Below are positions 39,001 to 47,218 of a DNA stretch of 64,000 nt, in pieces. The stretch covers positions 1,829-65,828 of IMG/VR virus record IMGVR_UViG_3300035670_000186; one strand, written 5' to 3'. Positions within the stretch are counted from its first letter, which is position 1. Every line of letters starts with the position of its first letter. Both the position numbers and the translations under genes were made by a program. The notes beneath the pieces are model-generated. The model made no database searches and was not told where the DNA came from. It saw only the letters and a program-made list of their open reading frames with translations. The DNA comes from a virus (lineage: Duplodnaviria; Caudoviricetes).

Positions 39001-41529
39001 GCCGGATTTCGGCGTTCTCGTCGGCCTCGTCGCGGAAGTCGTCTTGGGAACCACAGGGATGGCGTTGATATTGGAGTCTTGAATGATTTGTTTTCTGGTC
39101 TCTCTCCTGAGGGAGGCCCACTCTCCGTCTCTGTTTCTCGTCGCATTTGACGTCAGGTCCTCCAACATGTCGTCCAAAATGACGGCGTCGTGTCCCGACC
39201 AAAGCAATCTCACCTGATCGTCTGGATCGGCGGCGACTATGGCTCCGTCCACCATTTCTTCCGTCATCTCGTCGGTTGGGCTCAATTTGCCCAATGTCCT
39301 GAATTCGGATCCGATCGACTTTCTCAAATTGTTCGCCGCGGCCAAAATCGCCGATTGTTCGTTTTGCGTATACGAAGAGAACGGTTTGACAGGACTGCCG
39401 TCCTCTTCGGTCGCCCTATTCGGATTGGCCATCAGCAATTTTCGCGGTTGTATCTTGCTTAGGGCTATTTCTCTGGCACGAGATTCCGGTAACGCTTGTC
39501 TCAGTACGGTGCGTTCACCGGTTGCTCCCTGAACCCTTCCTGTCGAAAATCCCCTGTCTCCGGCGTTGGCCATTCGTTGTATCAATCCGCGAGCCGCATC
39601 GTCGATTCTCAGGAAATCCTCGTCCCTATTTCTTGCGGCGTTCGTCCACCTATCGAAAAGCATGTCGTCCAAAGCGATCAGGGTTCTGAGCGAGTCGTAA
39701 AAATTTTTATTGTACGGAGACAAGTCCTCCGCCGACGAGTTGATCCAGTCGTTGTTTTTTAGAACCCTATTTACGCTCTCCGCATCAAAGGGTTCTTCCG
39801 GGCCGAGGTACGGAGCCCTGAATACCGATCCATCTTCGTCGTAAATGGTTCGCCTAAGAACGTCTTCCAAGGTTTGTTGGAGCTGTTCTCTCGCATCCGA
39901 CGCCGCGGAAAGTATGGCGCTTTGATCGGCGGGCGAGTAGTCGGAGAATGGAATTTGCCTCGAAGCGAATCTGTCGCTTGCGATAGCCGAATCGTACGTC
40001 GAGTAGGGCTGAGTGACGCTGATCAAATCATTCAGGGAATTTTGTTCTCCTGGTAAAAATCTTTCGTCGAGTTGCCTGACTTTTCGCGTCGGAACGTCTT
40101 GAGACGACGGAAGACTGTTGGTGGGTTGAGGCGACGCAGTCGAATTGATTCTCTTGGAGAGTCGCCCTATTCTCTTGGACAGGCGACGCGCCATGCTGTC
40201 CCCGTCTCGGCGCGGAGCGACGCCTCGTTCTCGTCTGGAAAGGGGCGAAGTTCCCTCGGTTGAAACGGTTTCCGCGGCGGATTCGAGCCTCTCTTCGGCG
40301 GATGATACGACCGGCGGAGTTATCGGTGTTTCTCCCACCATCTCCCTGGATCTTTCGGCAATTTCGGGTTCTTCCGTTGTTTCCGCTCGGGGCCGTGCGG
40401 CGGCTTGATTGACCGTTTCGGCGTCGGTTCTTCTGCGTCGTTGTCTGCGTGTTATTACTTCTTCCTCTTTGGGGGCGGCTTCCTGTTCGCCACCGATCGC
40501 ATCGCCGACTTCGGCTATGTAATCGGCGAGCCTTCTGCGCAATCGCCCCGCCATGGACGCAGTCGGATCGCCGTTTCCATCGGAAAGCCAAGACATTTCG
40601 TCGTTTACCGTTCTTAACGCCGCTTCCCTTGATCGAGCGAGGGCCCTTCGCGTTCTGCGAACTTTTCTATTCGATAGTTTTCCGATGGATGAGAATTTTC
40701 CTCCGAAAGATCTGATTCCCTGCAAATTTTGTCCGGTTTCCCCGAAAGGCGTCGGATCGGGTATTCCCCTGCCCATATTGATCCACGGTATGCCCTCCAG
40801 AACGAGTCGGTCCTTATCCGCATCCCTGGCGGTCATGGGGTTCGTATTGAATCGACTCGCTCCTATCGGTACCATTTTCTCAAAATAACCCTTGTCGTCC
40901 AATTCCGAATAGAGCCTCATGGACAAACGGCGATTCGGTCTTCCGAAACGCCCGACTCCGTCGTCCATCGCCGTGGGGCGCGGGGTCCATTTACCGTCGA
41001 CAAATTTTGCGTTTGATCCTTTCACTTTCAACACCAAAGATGCGTAATCTTTTTTGGAAAGGAAAGATTTTGCCTTGAAATTTAAGGCTATTTTTTTCAA
41101 TTGAACGTCGAACATGCTCAATGCGACGTCTTTCAACGGCCAATTTTCCAACAATTCAAATTCCGGTTCGTCGTCGCTCGGGTGGTTGTCTTGTTGAACT
41201 TGTTCGGGCTCCGACTTTGAACGAACCACGGCAACGACGACCGGGACTATGCCCGAAAGTTCCCTCATCGTTGAAGGGGTGATGGAGTCCGAAACCAAAG
41301 ACAAATTTTCTTGCGTCAATTCCATGCTCGGCCCTACTTCTAGGCCGGGGTCAAGCGACGAAATCAGTTCTTCGTAGCTCAGGCGAGAATCGTTCGCCCA
41401 AGACGCCCAGTCTCTACCCTGCTTCATGCTTCCGTAAGTGCGCACCGAGCCTCCGTCGTTCACCATCACGGCGAATGCGACGCCCGTACCCGAATCTATT
41501 ATTTGTCGGAAATTGGGTTTATTTGCCAT
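35989..41529 (-). CDS. Giant protein, 1846 aa, with DADKD/EGIP/GRGIPDPTP leader and one PTASM motif
   Basis: Long ORF with motifs shared with neighbouring giant ORFs and an internal ~90-aa duplication (PFS.Y...QSAIL.AA...LDDML). Confidence 0.88.
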   Translation of the reverse strand: MANKPNFRQIIDSGTGVAFAVMVNDGGSVRTYGSMKQGRDWASWANDSRLSYEELISSLDPGLEVGPSMELTQENLSLVSDSITPSTMRELSGIVPVVVAVVRSKSEPEQVQQDNHPSDDEPEFELLENWPLKDVALSMFDVQLKKIALNFKAKSFLSKKDYASLVLKVKGSNAKFVDGKWTPRPTAMDDGVGRFGRPNRRLSMRLYSELDDKGYFEKMVPIGASRFNTNPMTARDADKDRLVLEGIPWINMGRGIPDPTPFGETGQNLQGIRSFGGKFSSIGKLSNRKVRRTRRALARSREAALRTVNDEMSWLSDGNGDPTASMAGRLRRRLADYIAEVGDAIGGEQEAAPKEEEVITRRQRRRRTDAETVNQAAARPRAETTEEPEIAERSREMVGETPITPPVVSSAEERLESAAETVSTEGTSPLSRRERGVAPRRDGDSMARRLSKRIGRLSKRINSTASPQPTNSLPSSQDVPTRKVRQLDERFLPGEQNSLNDLISVTQPYSTYDSAIASDRFASRQIPFSDYSPADQSAILSAASDAREQLQQTLEDVLRRTIYDEDGSVFRAPYLGPEEPFDAESVNRVLKNNDWINSSAEDLSPYNKNFYDSLRTLIALDDMLFDRWTNAARNRDEDFLRIDDAARGLIQRMANAGDRGFSTGRVQGATGERTVLRQALPESRAREIALSKIQPRKLLMANPNRATEEDGSPVKPFSSYTQNEQSAILAAANNLRKSIGSEFRTLGKLSPTDEMTEEMVDGAIVAADPDDQVRLLWSGHDAVILDDMLEDLTSNATRNRDGEWASLRRETRKQIIQDSNINAIPVVPKTTSATRPTRTPKSGQTTATTQAAPTPPTPPTMPSTPQAEELTETPTETTRSSLVDAANTMVSVTDEDGNVRQVPLGSLGRVNQYDFANVHLDKDGVPYVHENATRLYRNPVTGEYLEDYSQVEITVDKQIPPTAPLPQVQISKKAGAIVSYPQITLDSANSGKYSGLANLQSDRKTGPLTIGQILTEVLGLSSQDVQALLGKKFYLAPGVKPGASTNNWRQAALLLLATSNHEIPNSEKRQMQMIDVVDVPAGSDVTEAYLRYADRPELADEYVSLGRPNGYIDKEDDGSSGREKFAPPHLRNYMSSGYRRSSSMEVFKPEDESNRYRYMRQLAPGMRANSAPRAGKLLVLWRHPLNFEGYYYYGNSKTQAEQIVESVNKALMTDLPEDWYTAFNNVVAAYSSALSSASSALHTWRGLSGARSRNPRPKREFVMHSEMAEAMEKILVDIFRPNMFKVIDSIRRERQQQSRTMNAVGRIRRKASQSGIKNVGGLEDSQLFVPLDESGRTMEPRKAEDIMSLYETHRATGFLPEIPYDVRPDDPLVLEELSEDGITMLSGIALASEMSVNVVDSTRIGDNEEVGNSRKALEIASLHFSGGLGKPIQVTEEEYKSLAGSSQIEGSFSPNFFPIRRGIRSPKPGSTTHQMAQELISGPYYVPAGEGAAAGGYGLNFDSPGGHSGYSNGDPSGDITIGLLPRTARIMGRFQLETLKNQVEIMAEAFMTRVGYDSGTPRDLPIDTGLEGVEFDHLNPANVSYKADRPDTGYGYYAPWYGVSRNVRYVSGTGADAMSESAKQVWAMLTGNNVNDDMTISGGNIGIVPELADSSQEEALRTLAASILAAAMQNQEDSWRWNSDDPSDTLPASEWFKRTRAQVFGWFVQMEILKGMEIAKLKAEGKAPWNERIAELVRAQKVLLYNNDHVLMAALFNVDAYDSGGQIDVTTRNPDLIMKKLWETSRNAHMMIVNRTAIIMLRNPVTTGTQDEIVEGIFSTVTDSSRPGMVYNPYTEKWIPDPRLRG

Positions 41530-43576
41530 TGACTACGTCCTTGAGAAACTTCAGCGAAGAAGAAAGCACCCCTATTCGGGATTCGAAGATTCTTCTCAGA
41601 ATATCCGCATGACGGCGTTCCGATTCGGTCAATTTGCCGTCGATCGACATTCTGCGAGCGAACTCCCTGAAGTTGAATTGCTTGGCCCTGTACAACAATT
41701 CCTCGATGAGTGCGATGGCTCTTTTTCGTTGTTCTTTGCGCAATCTCATGAAATATGATCGGTACATTGATTGATCCAACATGGACAAAATTTCGGCTCT
41801 CGTCATTCTCTCTGATTCAACCGACGCCGCCGACGGTATGGGCGAAGCGAAAGTTCTGCGAGCCGGACCGTCGCCGATCGTGTATATGCCTGATGGATTT
41901 CTGTTGCGAACGTCGGTGAGAACGTCGGCGATCATGAGCCTCAGCATGTCCTCCGGGTCCGCCAAGTCCATTCCGGTGCTGCGCGCGACCCTGGACACCG
42001 AGTCGACGTCCTCGGGGTACGAGACGATGTAGGGCCTGCGCGAACCTGATCCGGCGAACCATACGCTGGGGGCCAGCGCACCAAGTTGCGACTGCATCTC
42101 CGATGCGAACATGACCCCGAGGTGCTCGTTTGCGTCGGAAGAGTTCACTGCGACGAGTTTGTCCCTTCCGACGGTGTAGGAGGTCATTCTTCTATTGATT
42201 CGCTTGCTATCGGCGAACTTGCTCATCTCTATCGCGGGAATTCTCAGCTCGGGGGTTATGTTCCCTATTTGGCCCCCGCGGTTGACGAGAGATATGGCGG
42301 TTTTCAAATCGTCCACCAAACCGGCCTCGTCTTCTATTTGTGTTTCCCGTTCGGAGACTTGACGTAGTCCGGAATCCATTAGAAATGCGTCTCGGTACCA
42401 TCTTCTGACTTGTTTTTCGCGTTTGGTCTTGGGATCCATGACGGTAACCATGTCGTTGGGTCCCTTGAGATCTCCGAAAGATTGCTCGTATGCAATGGGT
42501 CCGTCCATCTCGGCCGCTATGTATTCGATTCTCGCGGCGGGATCGTCGGTCACCGGCATTTTCTCCGCTTCGGCGACCAGACGCCCGAGTCTGCGTCTTT
42601 CTCCGTTGCTCAAATTTCGTGTTTTTCTGATCGCTAGTGTTCCTCCGTTTGGAAGAACGTATACGACCGAAACTATTCCGCTATTGGATAGCACCCCGAG
42701 TTCGTCTTTGCCTATTTGCGTCGGTTTTGAGGCGTACAGCACGTACGAAGCGCCCTCCATGTCCCTGTTGTCGGGTACGGTCCTGAGCACTTTCGCCGAA
42801 ACCAACGGATTCAACACGACGCCGTCGCGTCTTACCAGTCTGGTTACCGGCTCGGCATATTGAGTCATTTCATCGGTTACGTTGCGTATTGCATTTTTGA
42901 ACGCGGCGAAATTGCCCGACCCGACTTTGGGAATGTTTATTTCCGGTTTTCTGACCATGGAGACTTGACCCACTGTCGCATCGGAGCGAAGGCGTCTTCC
43001 CTGAACGGATATCCCTCTCGGTATCGTCGGGGATATCAATTCGGCAAGAGTTTGCCCACCCGACAGAAGGGAGATTGCCAACTCGAAAAGTTTTTTGCCG
43101 CAAGTCGAGTAATATTTATCCGTAAAACGACCCCCGAACTGAAATCCCTCAGGGCACCTAAATCCTCTTTCCGGCTTGTCCACTATGGCGGCAGCCGCTC
43201 TTGCCAAGGGGTTCGGTGTTCCAAAAGTTCCGCCAGGTGTGATGGCCGACCAGAGAGTCGAGCGACCCGGCCTTCTCACGGCCGAAAGATCGCCGGGAAT
43301 AACGGCGCTCGTCAATGCTTGATACGCCCTGGTGAGGGGATCGCCGGTTCCTATCAAACCAGCTTTGGTATTCAATTTGTTTTCGTACTCCGAATTGTAC
43401 TCGGCGACGGAATTTCTTTGCTGGCATTTGTAGTCGATTACGTGTTGTTTGTTTAGGGCGAAAGAAAGCGGAAGCGCATAAACGTTGTTCCTGGATATTG
43501 CTATGGACGGCAATATCGTTCGGACTACTTTCGTCGGGATTTTCCCGCACGCTTCGCAATTCTCTTGATCAGACAT
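41519..43576 (-). CDS. 685-aa protein with RC-x-RFTD-x-C motif and degenerate HipA/PI3-4-kinase-like C-terminus
   Basis: FRCPEGFQFGGRFTDKYYSTC; IADVLTDVRNRNPSGIY. Confidence 0.75.
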   Translation of the reverse strand: MSDQENCEACGKIPTKVVRTILPSIAISRNNVYALPLSFALNKQHVIDYKCQQRNSVAEYNSEYENKLNTKAGLIGTGDPLTRAYQALTSAVIPGDLSAVRRPGRSTLWSAITPGGTFGTPNPLARAAAAIVDKPERGFRCPEGFQFGGRFTDKYYSTCGKKLFELAISLLSGGQTLAELISPTIPRGISVQGRRLRSDATVGQVSMVRKPEINIPKVGSGNFAAFKNAIRNVTDEMTQYAEPVTRLVRRDGVVLNPLVSAKVLRTVPDNRDMEGASYVLYASKPTQIGKDELGVLSNSGIVSVVYVLPNGGTLAIRKTRNLSNGERRRLGRLVAEAEKMPVTDDPAARIEYIAAEMDGPIAYEQSFGDLKGPNDMVTVMDPKTKREKQVRRWYRDAFLMDSGLRQVSERETQIEDEAGLVDDLKTAISLVNRGGQIGNITPELRIPAIEMSKFADSKRINRRMTSYTVGRDKLVAVNSSDANEHLGVMFASEMQSQLGALAPSVWFAGSGSRRPYIVSYPEDVDSVSRVARSTGMDLADPEDMLRLMIADVLTDVRNRNPSGIYTIGDGPARRTFASPIPSAASVESERMTRAEILSMLDQSMYRSYFMRLRKEQRKRAIALIEELLYRAKQFNFREFARRMSIDGKLTESERRHADILRRIFESRIGVLSSSLKFLKDVVNGK

Positions 43577-44135
43577 CTGAATCGAACATTTCCCAGTTGT
43601 TGTCGTCGTTCAAATATTTTACGAACTCCGGCTCCATCGTCGCAAATTCGTCGAGAACTTTCCATGCGTGATTCCAGTCGTCGTCGGTCAGAACCGGAAC
43701 GAATGGTTCGTCCGCCACCGAAGTGTCGCCTTGGGCGATGGCCGCTTTTCGGCCGGCACGAGAAGTTATCCCTCGCAATCTTCGGTCGAATTCAGCGTCG
43801 GTCCAGAGCGATCCCCGCACGACCCCCCTGAGCTTTCTGCGGCAATTTTTCATTCCGGGGTGATGACACCCCTCGTTCGGCCACAGGCCGGTCGTTTCGT
43901 GATGCAACCATGCGCATATGTTGTTCAGTGGGTAGAGTTCAGGGTGGTCCGCAAGAATCACCCTGCACCTCCTGAAGCCGCCGGGTTTGCGCATTATCGG
44001 CCTCCAGTATCGAAGAAGTCTTTCTAGATTTCCTCTTCTTGGTCCGTATCCCCTGGTCCTTGCCGTGACGACTTCTTGAGGGACGAGACCGCCAAGCGGA
44101 TCCGCTTTGGACAGTTTGTCGATTTGATCACTCAT
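43569..44135 (-). CDS. Conserved-type phage head-region protein
   Basis: GN.E.L.RYW...PG.F.RC...CA.LH...TG.WP pattern. Confidence 0.75.
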   Translation of the reverse strand: MSDQIDKLSKADPLGGLVPQEVVTARTRGYGPRRGNLERLLRYWRPIMRKPGGFRRCRVILADHPELYPLNNICAWLHHETTGLWPNEGCHHPGMKNCRRKLRGVVRGSLWTDAEFDRRLRGITSRAGRKAAIAQGDTSVADEPFVPVLTDDDWNHAWKVLDEFATMEPEFVKYLNDDNNWEMFDSDV

Positions 44136-44547
44136 CGTTTGCCTCCCTAGCCTCTGCGTCGTTGAGTCTGAAAATGGCCATGTCCATGGCGGTTTTCGCC
44201 GAAGACAGACGATTTTTTAGCGATTCAAGATCTATATTGTTGTTCATTCGTTTGCGGGACCTTGCCGCCGCCGGGCCTATCATCGGAAGTAGTGCCGTCA
44301 ACGCCCTGTCGACGTCGTCGCGTCCGTATCCATTTTGTCTCATTTCCTGGGTTATTTGTGAAACCATGGATGCCGAAGCATCGTCAACCGTTCTCGGAAT
44401 CATTTCCTCTATGTGTTTGGGGAAATACGGGTAAGCGTCTCCGACCAAATTTTCTTTCTCTAGGAAGCTCTGCACGGTCTGGTCCGAAACTCTCCTCCTA
44501 GACACCAGTCTCTGTTCTTGGTCGTTTTTTTCCACGTCAGCCTCCAC
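44128..44547 (-). CDS. Small protein coupled to the 892-aa ORF
   Basis: Overlaps both neighbours in a continuous operon. Confidence 0.65.
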   Translation of the reverse strand: MEADVEKNDQEQRLVSRRRVSDQTVQSFLEKENLVGDAYPYFPKHIEEMIPRTVDDASASMVSQITQEMRQNGYGRDDVDRALTALLPMIGPAAARSRKRMNNNIDLESLKNRLSSAKTAMDMAIFRLNDAEAREANDE

Positions 44548-47215
44548 CCGAAGATTCTTCCATTTTGTCGATCATTCCGCGTGCCACCCTGATCATTTCG
44601 TCTCGCAGGCGCCTTACGGCCTCGATCTCGTCGTACTCCAGTTTGCTAAGGACCTCGTCTATGTCCATGGACAGCGCCGCGTGTAGTTCCGCGTAGGTTT
44701 CGGCGTTGGACGCTCTTTGCATTTTCGGCTTGGGCGTTTCCAACGAATAGTCCGCAGGTCCGGCGTACTCCGATATTCCGTTCGTGGCGTTTCGTATCAA
44801 CTCTATTTGATCGTCGGGAAGATTTTTCCACCCATTGTTGTCGGCCATATTGAACGCGCGATTGATGGCAAAAAGCGCTGATATTTGGCCACCGAATCCT
44901 TTGGCGTATCCGCCTTGTTCGTCCACTCCGGCCAGAACGTCCATCATGTATCTTCTTCTGTTGAAGTTTCCTTCGGAGTCGACCCACGCATCTTTTCTGA
45001 AAATTTGGCTTCCAATTTGCATGAATTCCTCTATTGCGTTCGGATTCGCCGAAACCAAGTCGGTTATCAAATTTCGCCAACCCTGTCTGAATCCCCCCAT
45101 GTCTATGGATTGCTCGTTTATCCAGCTGATGATCGGCTGTATTCGGTTGACTTGTCTTTCGGACTGTTCGAGTATGGCGTCGTAAGAGGTTTTCAAAGAG
45201 TTGATGGCTTGGGTGATTTGACGCCTCATTCCTTCGGCCGCCGCGGCGTAAATCTGCGCCCTGGCGACAGGGGATGCTCCCTCCGCAAGTTTGTCGAAGT
45301 GATCGAGTTTCGTCATGTGAGAAAAAAGACCCGAGTATCCGCCGAGATAGGGGTGTCTGGAAATCGAGGAAGTCCTGGGTATCAACGACGACATTTTGGA
45401 TATCGCCTCTTTCGCCGCCGCCTCCACCGACTCGGGGTCGCTGACCGCCGAAGGCCTGACCACGTTCGTTTCATTTATCAATCGGAGAGACTCCTGCAAG
45501 GTCGTGCTAACTCCAACCGATGTATTTTCGTACCATCCGGCGAAAGCGGGACCACCATCCCTAGTGAATTGCCGTATGTCCCTCGTAACTTCGGTCAAGT
45601 CGTCTATCAGCCTCGCTACGTCCTCCGATATTTCCGCCGCCATATCCGAGACGACGACGCTTTCGAGTATGTTTGAAAGAGTTTTTTTCGTCCAATCCTG
45701 CGAAAGGGCATACGAAACCTCGTCGATTATGTCCGAAGGTTCTCCGTTTTTCAATCGTAGAAGTTCCGCCATGTCCCGTTGGTATTCGAGCGTCGAGTTG
45801 AGACCTCCGGACGACTGCGATGAAGCGGCCGAATAGGCTCTGCTCATCTTGTAGTCTCCGACCTTGTCCAAATAGTGACCGAACTCATGAACGGCGATCG
45901 ATGCGGATGAGGTCATTTCGGCTTCGTCCAATAGTCGTTTGATTTCGGAATCGATCGCTTGAATCGCCCCGGCGGTTTGTATTTGGCCAGACTGCAGAAG
46001 AGCATTTTTTTGATTTTCCAATTCGCGCATTTTGTCCATGTATCCGAGCATTATGTTCAACGAGACGGTGTCTATCATCGGGTAGTCGTCGTCTGCGACG
46101 TTTTCGTATCGGTCCAGTAAGCTCCTGACGCTCTCTATTCGTCCCTCGGTCGCCGAAACTTCCACCGTAGCCCCACCGCTCGTGAACCTCGCCGGTTTGC
46201 CCGTCGGATCCCCGTAGACTGGGAATAGAAGCGCCGATTGAATCTGTGCTCCGCTTGTTTTCGGTTCTATTCGAATCTCCGGCTGCCCGGAAAAATCCAT
46301 TACACCGGCGGCGGAGACCATTTCGGCATCCCTTGCTCCAAGGTTGACTCTTCTTTCCCTTCTGGATGCTCCGACTTTTTGCGAAAAATAAGAAGGCACC
46401 GATAGCGCGGCTCCGCCGGGACTGCTCCCCGGAACGGGTATATCGGGCATGTTCAGCGGAACAAGAACCAGATTTACGTTCTCGAACGCCTCCGGGTAGG
46501 ACAGCATGTGATCCGCGGCAACGTAATAAATGGCCAAGTCGTGCCGCGATGGAATCGTGTTTTCTCCGGCGAACCTTCCGCCTATGGCGTTGGCCAACGA
46601 TGGTTGGGTTTGTGCGAGAAAATAAAGCGGTTTTAGCGTGAAGTTTCGCCCGACATCTTTCGATGAATTTACGAACTCTTCGGCGGATTTCAATTTTTGA
46701 AGCAAAGACTTCATGGTTTTCGGCTCTTCGCCCAATACAGAATTCACTTTCGTCTTTACGGACTCCATCCATTCCGAAGTTTTTTCGTACGGGATGCTCG
46801 TTGCGTAGGGACTTCTCGGATATCCTCTGGAAATTGCGGACGACATCGAACCGAACGGACCATCCGAGGCGGACGGATATTTTAGGTAGTCCCTCGATAC
46901 CGAGGATATCCTTTTCGGCGATCCAAGATTCGCCCTCATCTCTCTTCTCAATCTCCTGTTTAGCGGCGCAGTGGGGGACTGAGGGCCAGGGGTGGGGTCG
47001 GGCACGCCACGGCCGAAGTTTATGGTCGGAATTCCCTCGAGTACTATTCTGTCAAGATCTGCGTCTATGGCGGTCGCCGGATTCATGTTTCTCGGCAACC
47101 CACCGATCGGTTGTAGGGCTTTCGCCGACAAGCCGAAAAATTCCGTCGCCAGAGATACCTTGTCGTCAACGAAAGAATCTCCGGATCTTCGCTTTTTGCC
47201 CGTCGTTCGTCTCAT
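44537..47215 (-). CDS. 892-aa protein: leader, PFGSM motif, zincin-like metallopeptidase motif
   Basis: HEFGH at 45875-45889 plus distal ETYAE. Confidence 0.82.
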   Translation of the reverse strand: MRRTTGKKRRSGDSFVDDKVSLATEFFGLSAKALQPIGGLPRNMNPATAIDADLDRIVLEGIPTINFGRGVPDPTPGPQSPTAPLNRRLRREMRANLGSPKRISSVSRDYLKYPSASDGPFGSMSSAISRGYPRSPYATSIPYEKTSEWMESVKTKVNSVLGEEPKTMKSLLQKLKSAEEFVNSSKDVGRNFTLKPLYFLAQTQPSLANAIGGRFAGENTIPSRHDLAIYYVAADHMLSYPEAFENVNLVLVPLNMPDIPVPGSSPGGAALSVPSYFSQKVGASRRERRVNLGARDAEMVSAAGVMDFSGQPEIRIEPKTSGAQIQSALLFPVYGDPTGKPARFTSGGATVEVSATEGRIESVRSLLDRYENVADDDYPMIDTVSLNIMLGYMDKMRELENQKNALLQSGQIQTAGAIQAIDSEIKRLLDEAEMTSSASIAVHEFGHYLDKVGDYKMSRAYSAASSQSSGGLNSTLEYQRDMAELLRLKNGEPSDIIDEVSYALSQDWTKKTLSNILESVVVSDMAAEISEDVARLIDDLTEVTRDIRQFTRDGGPAFAGWYENTSVGVSTTLQESLRLINETNVVRPSAVSDPESVEAAAKEAISKMSSLIPRTSSISRHPYLGGYSGLFSHMTKLDHFDKLAEGASPVARAQIYAAAAEGMRRQITQAINSLKTSYDAILEQSERQVNRIQPIISWINEQSIDMGGFRQGWRNLITDLVSANPNAIEEFMQIGSQIFRKDAWVDSEGNFNRRRYMMDVLAGVDEQGGYAKGFGGQISALFAINRAFNMADNNGWKNLPDDQIELIRNATNGISEYAGPADYSLETPKPKMQRASNAETYAELHAALSMDIDEVLSKLEYDEIEAVRRLRDEMIRVARGMIDKMEESSGGG

Positions 47216-47218
47216 CTG

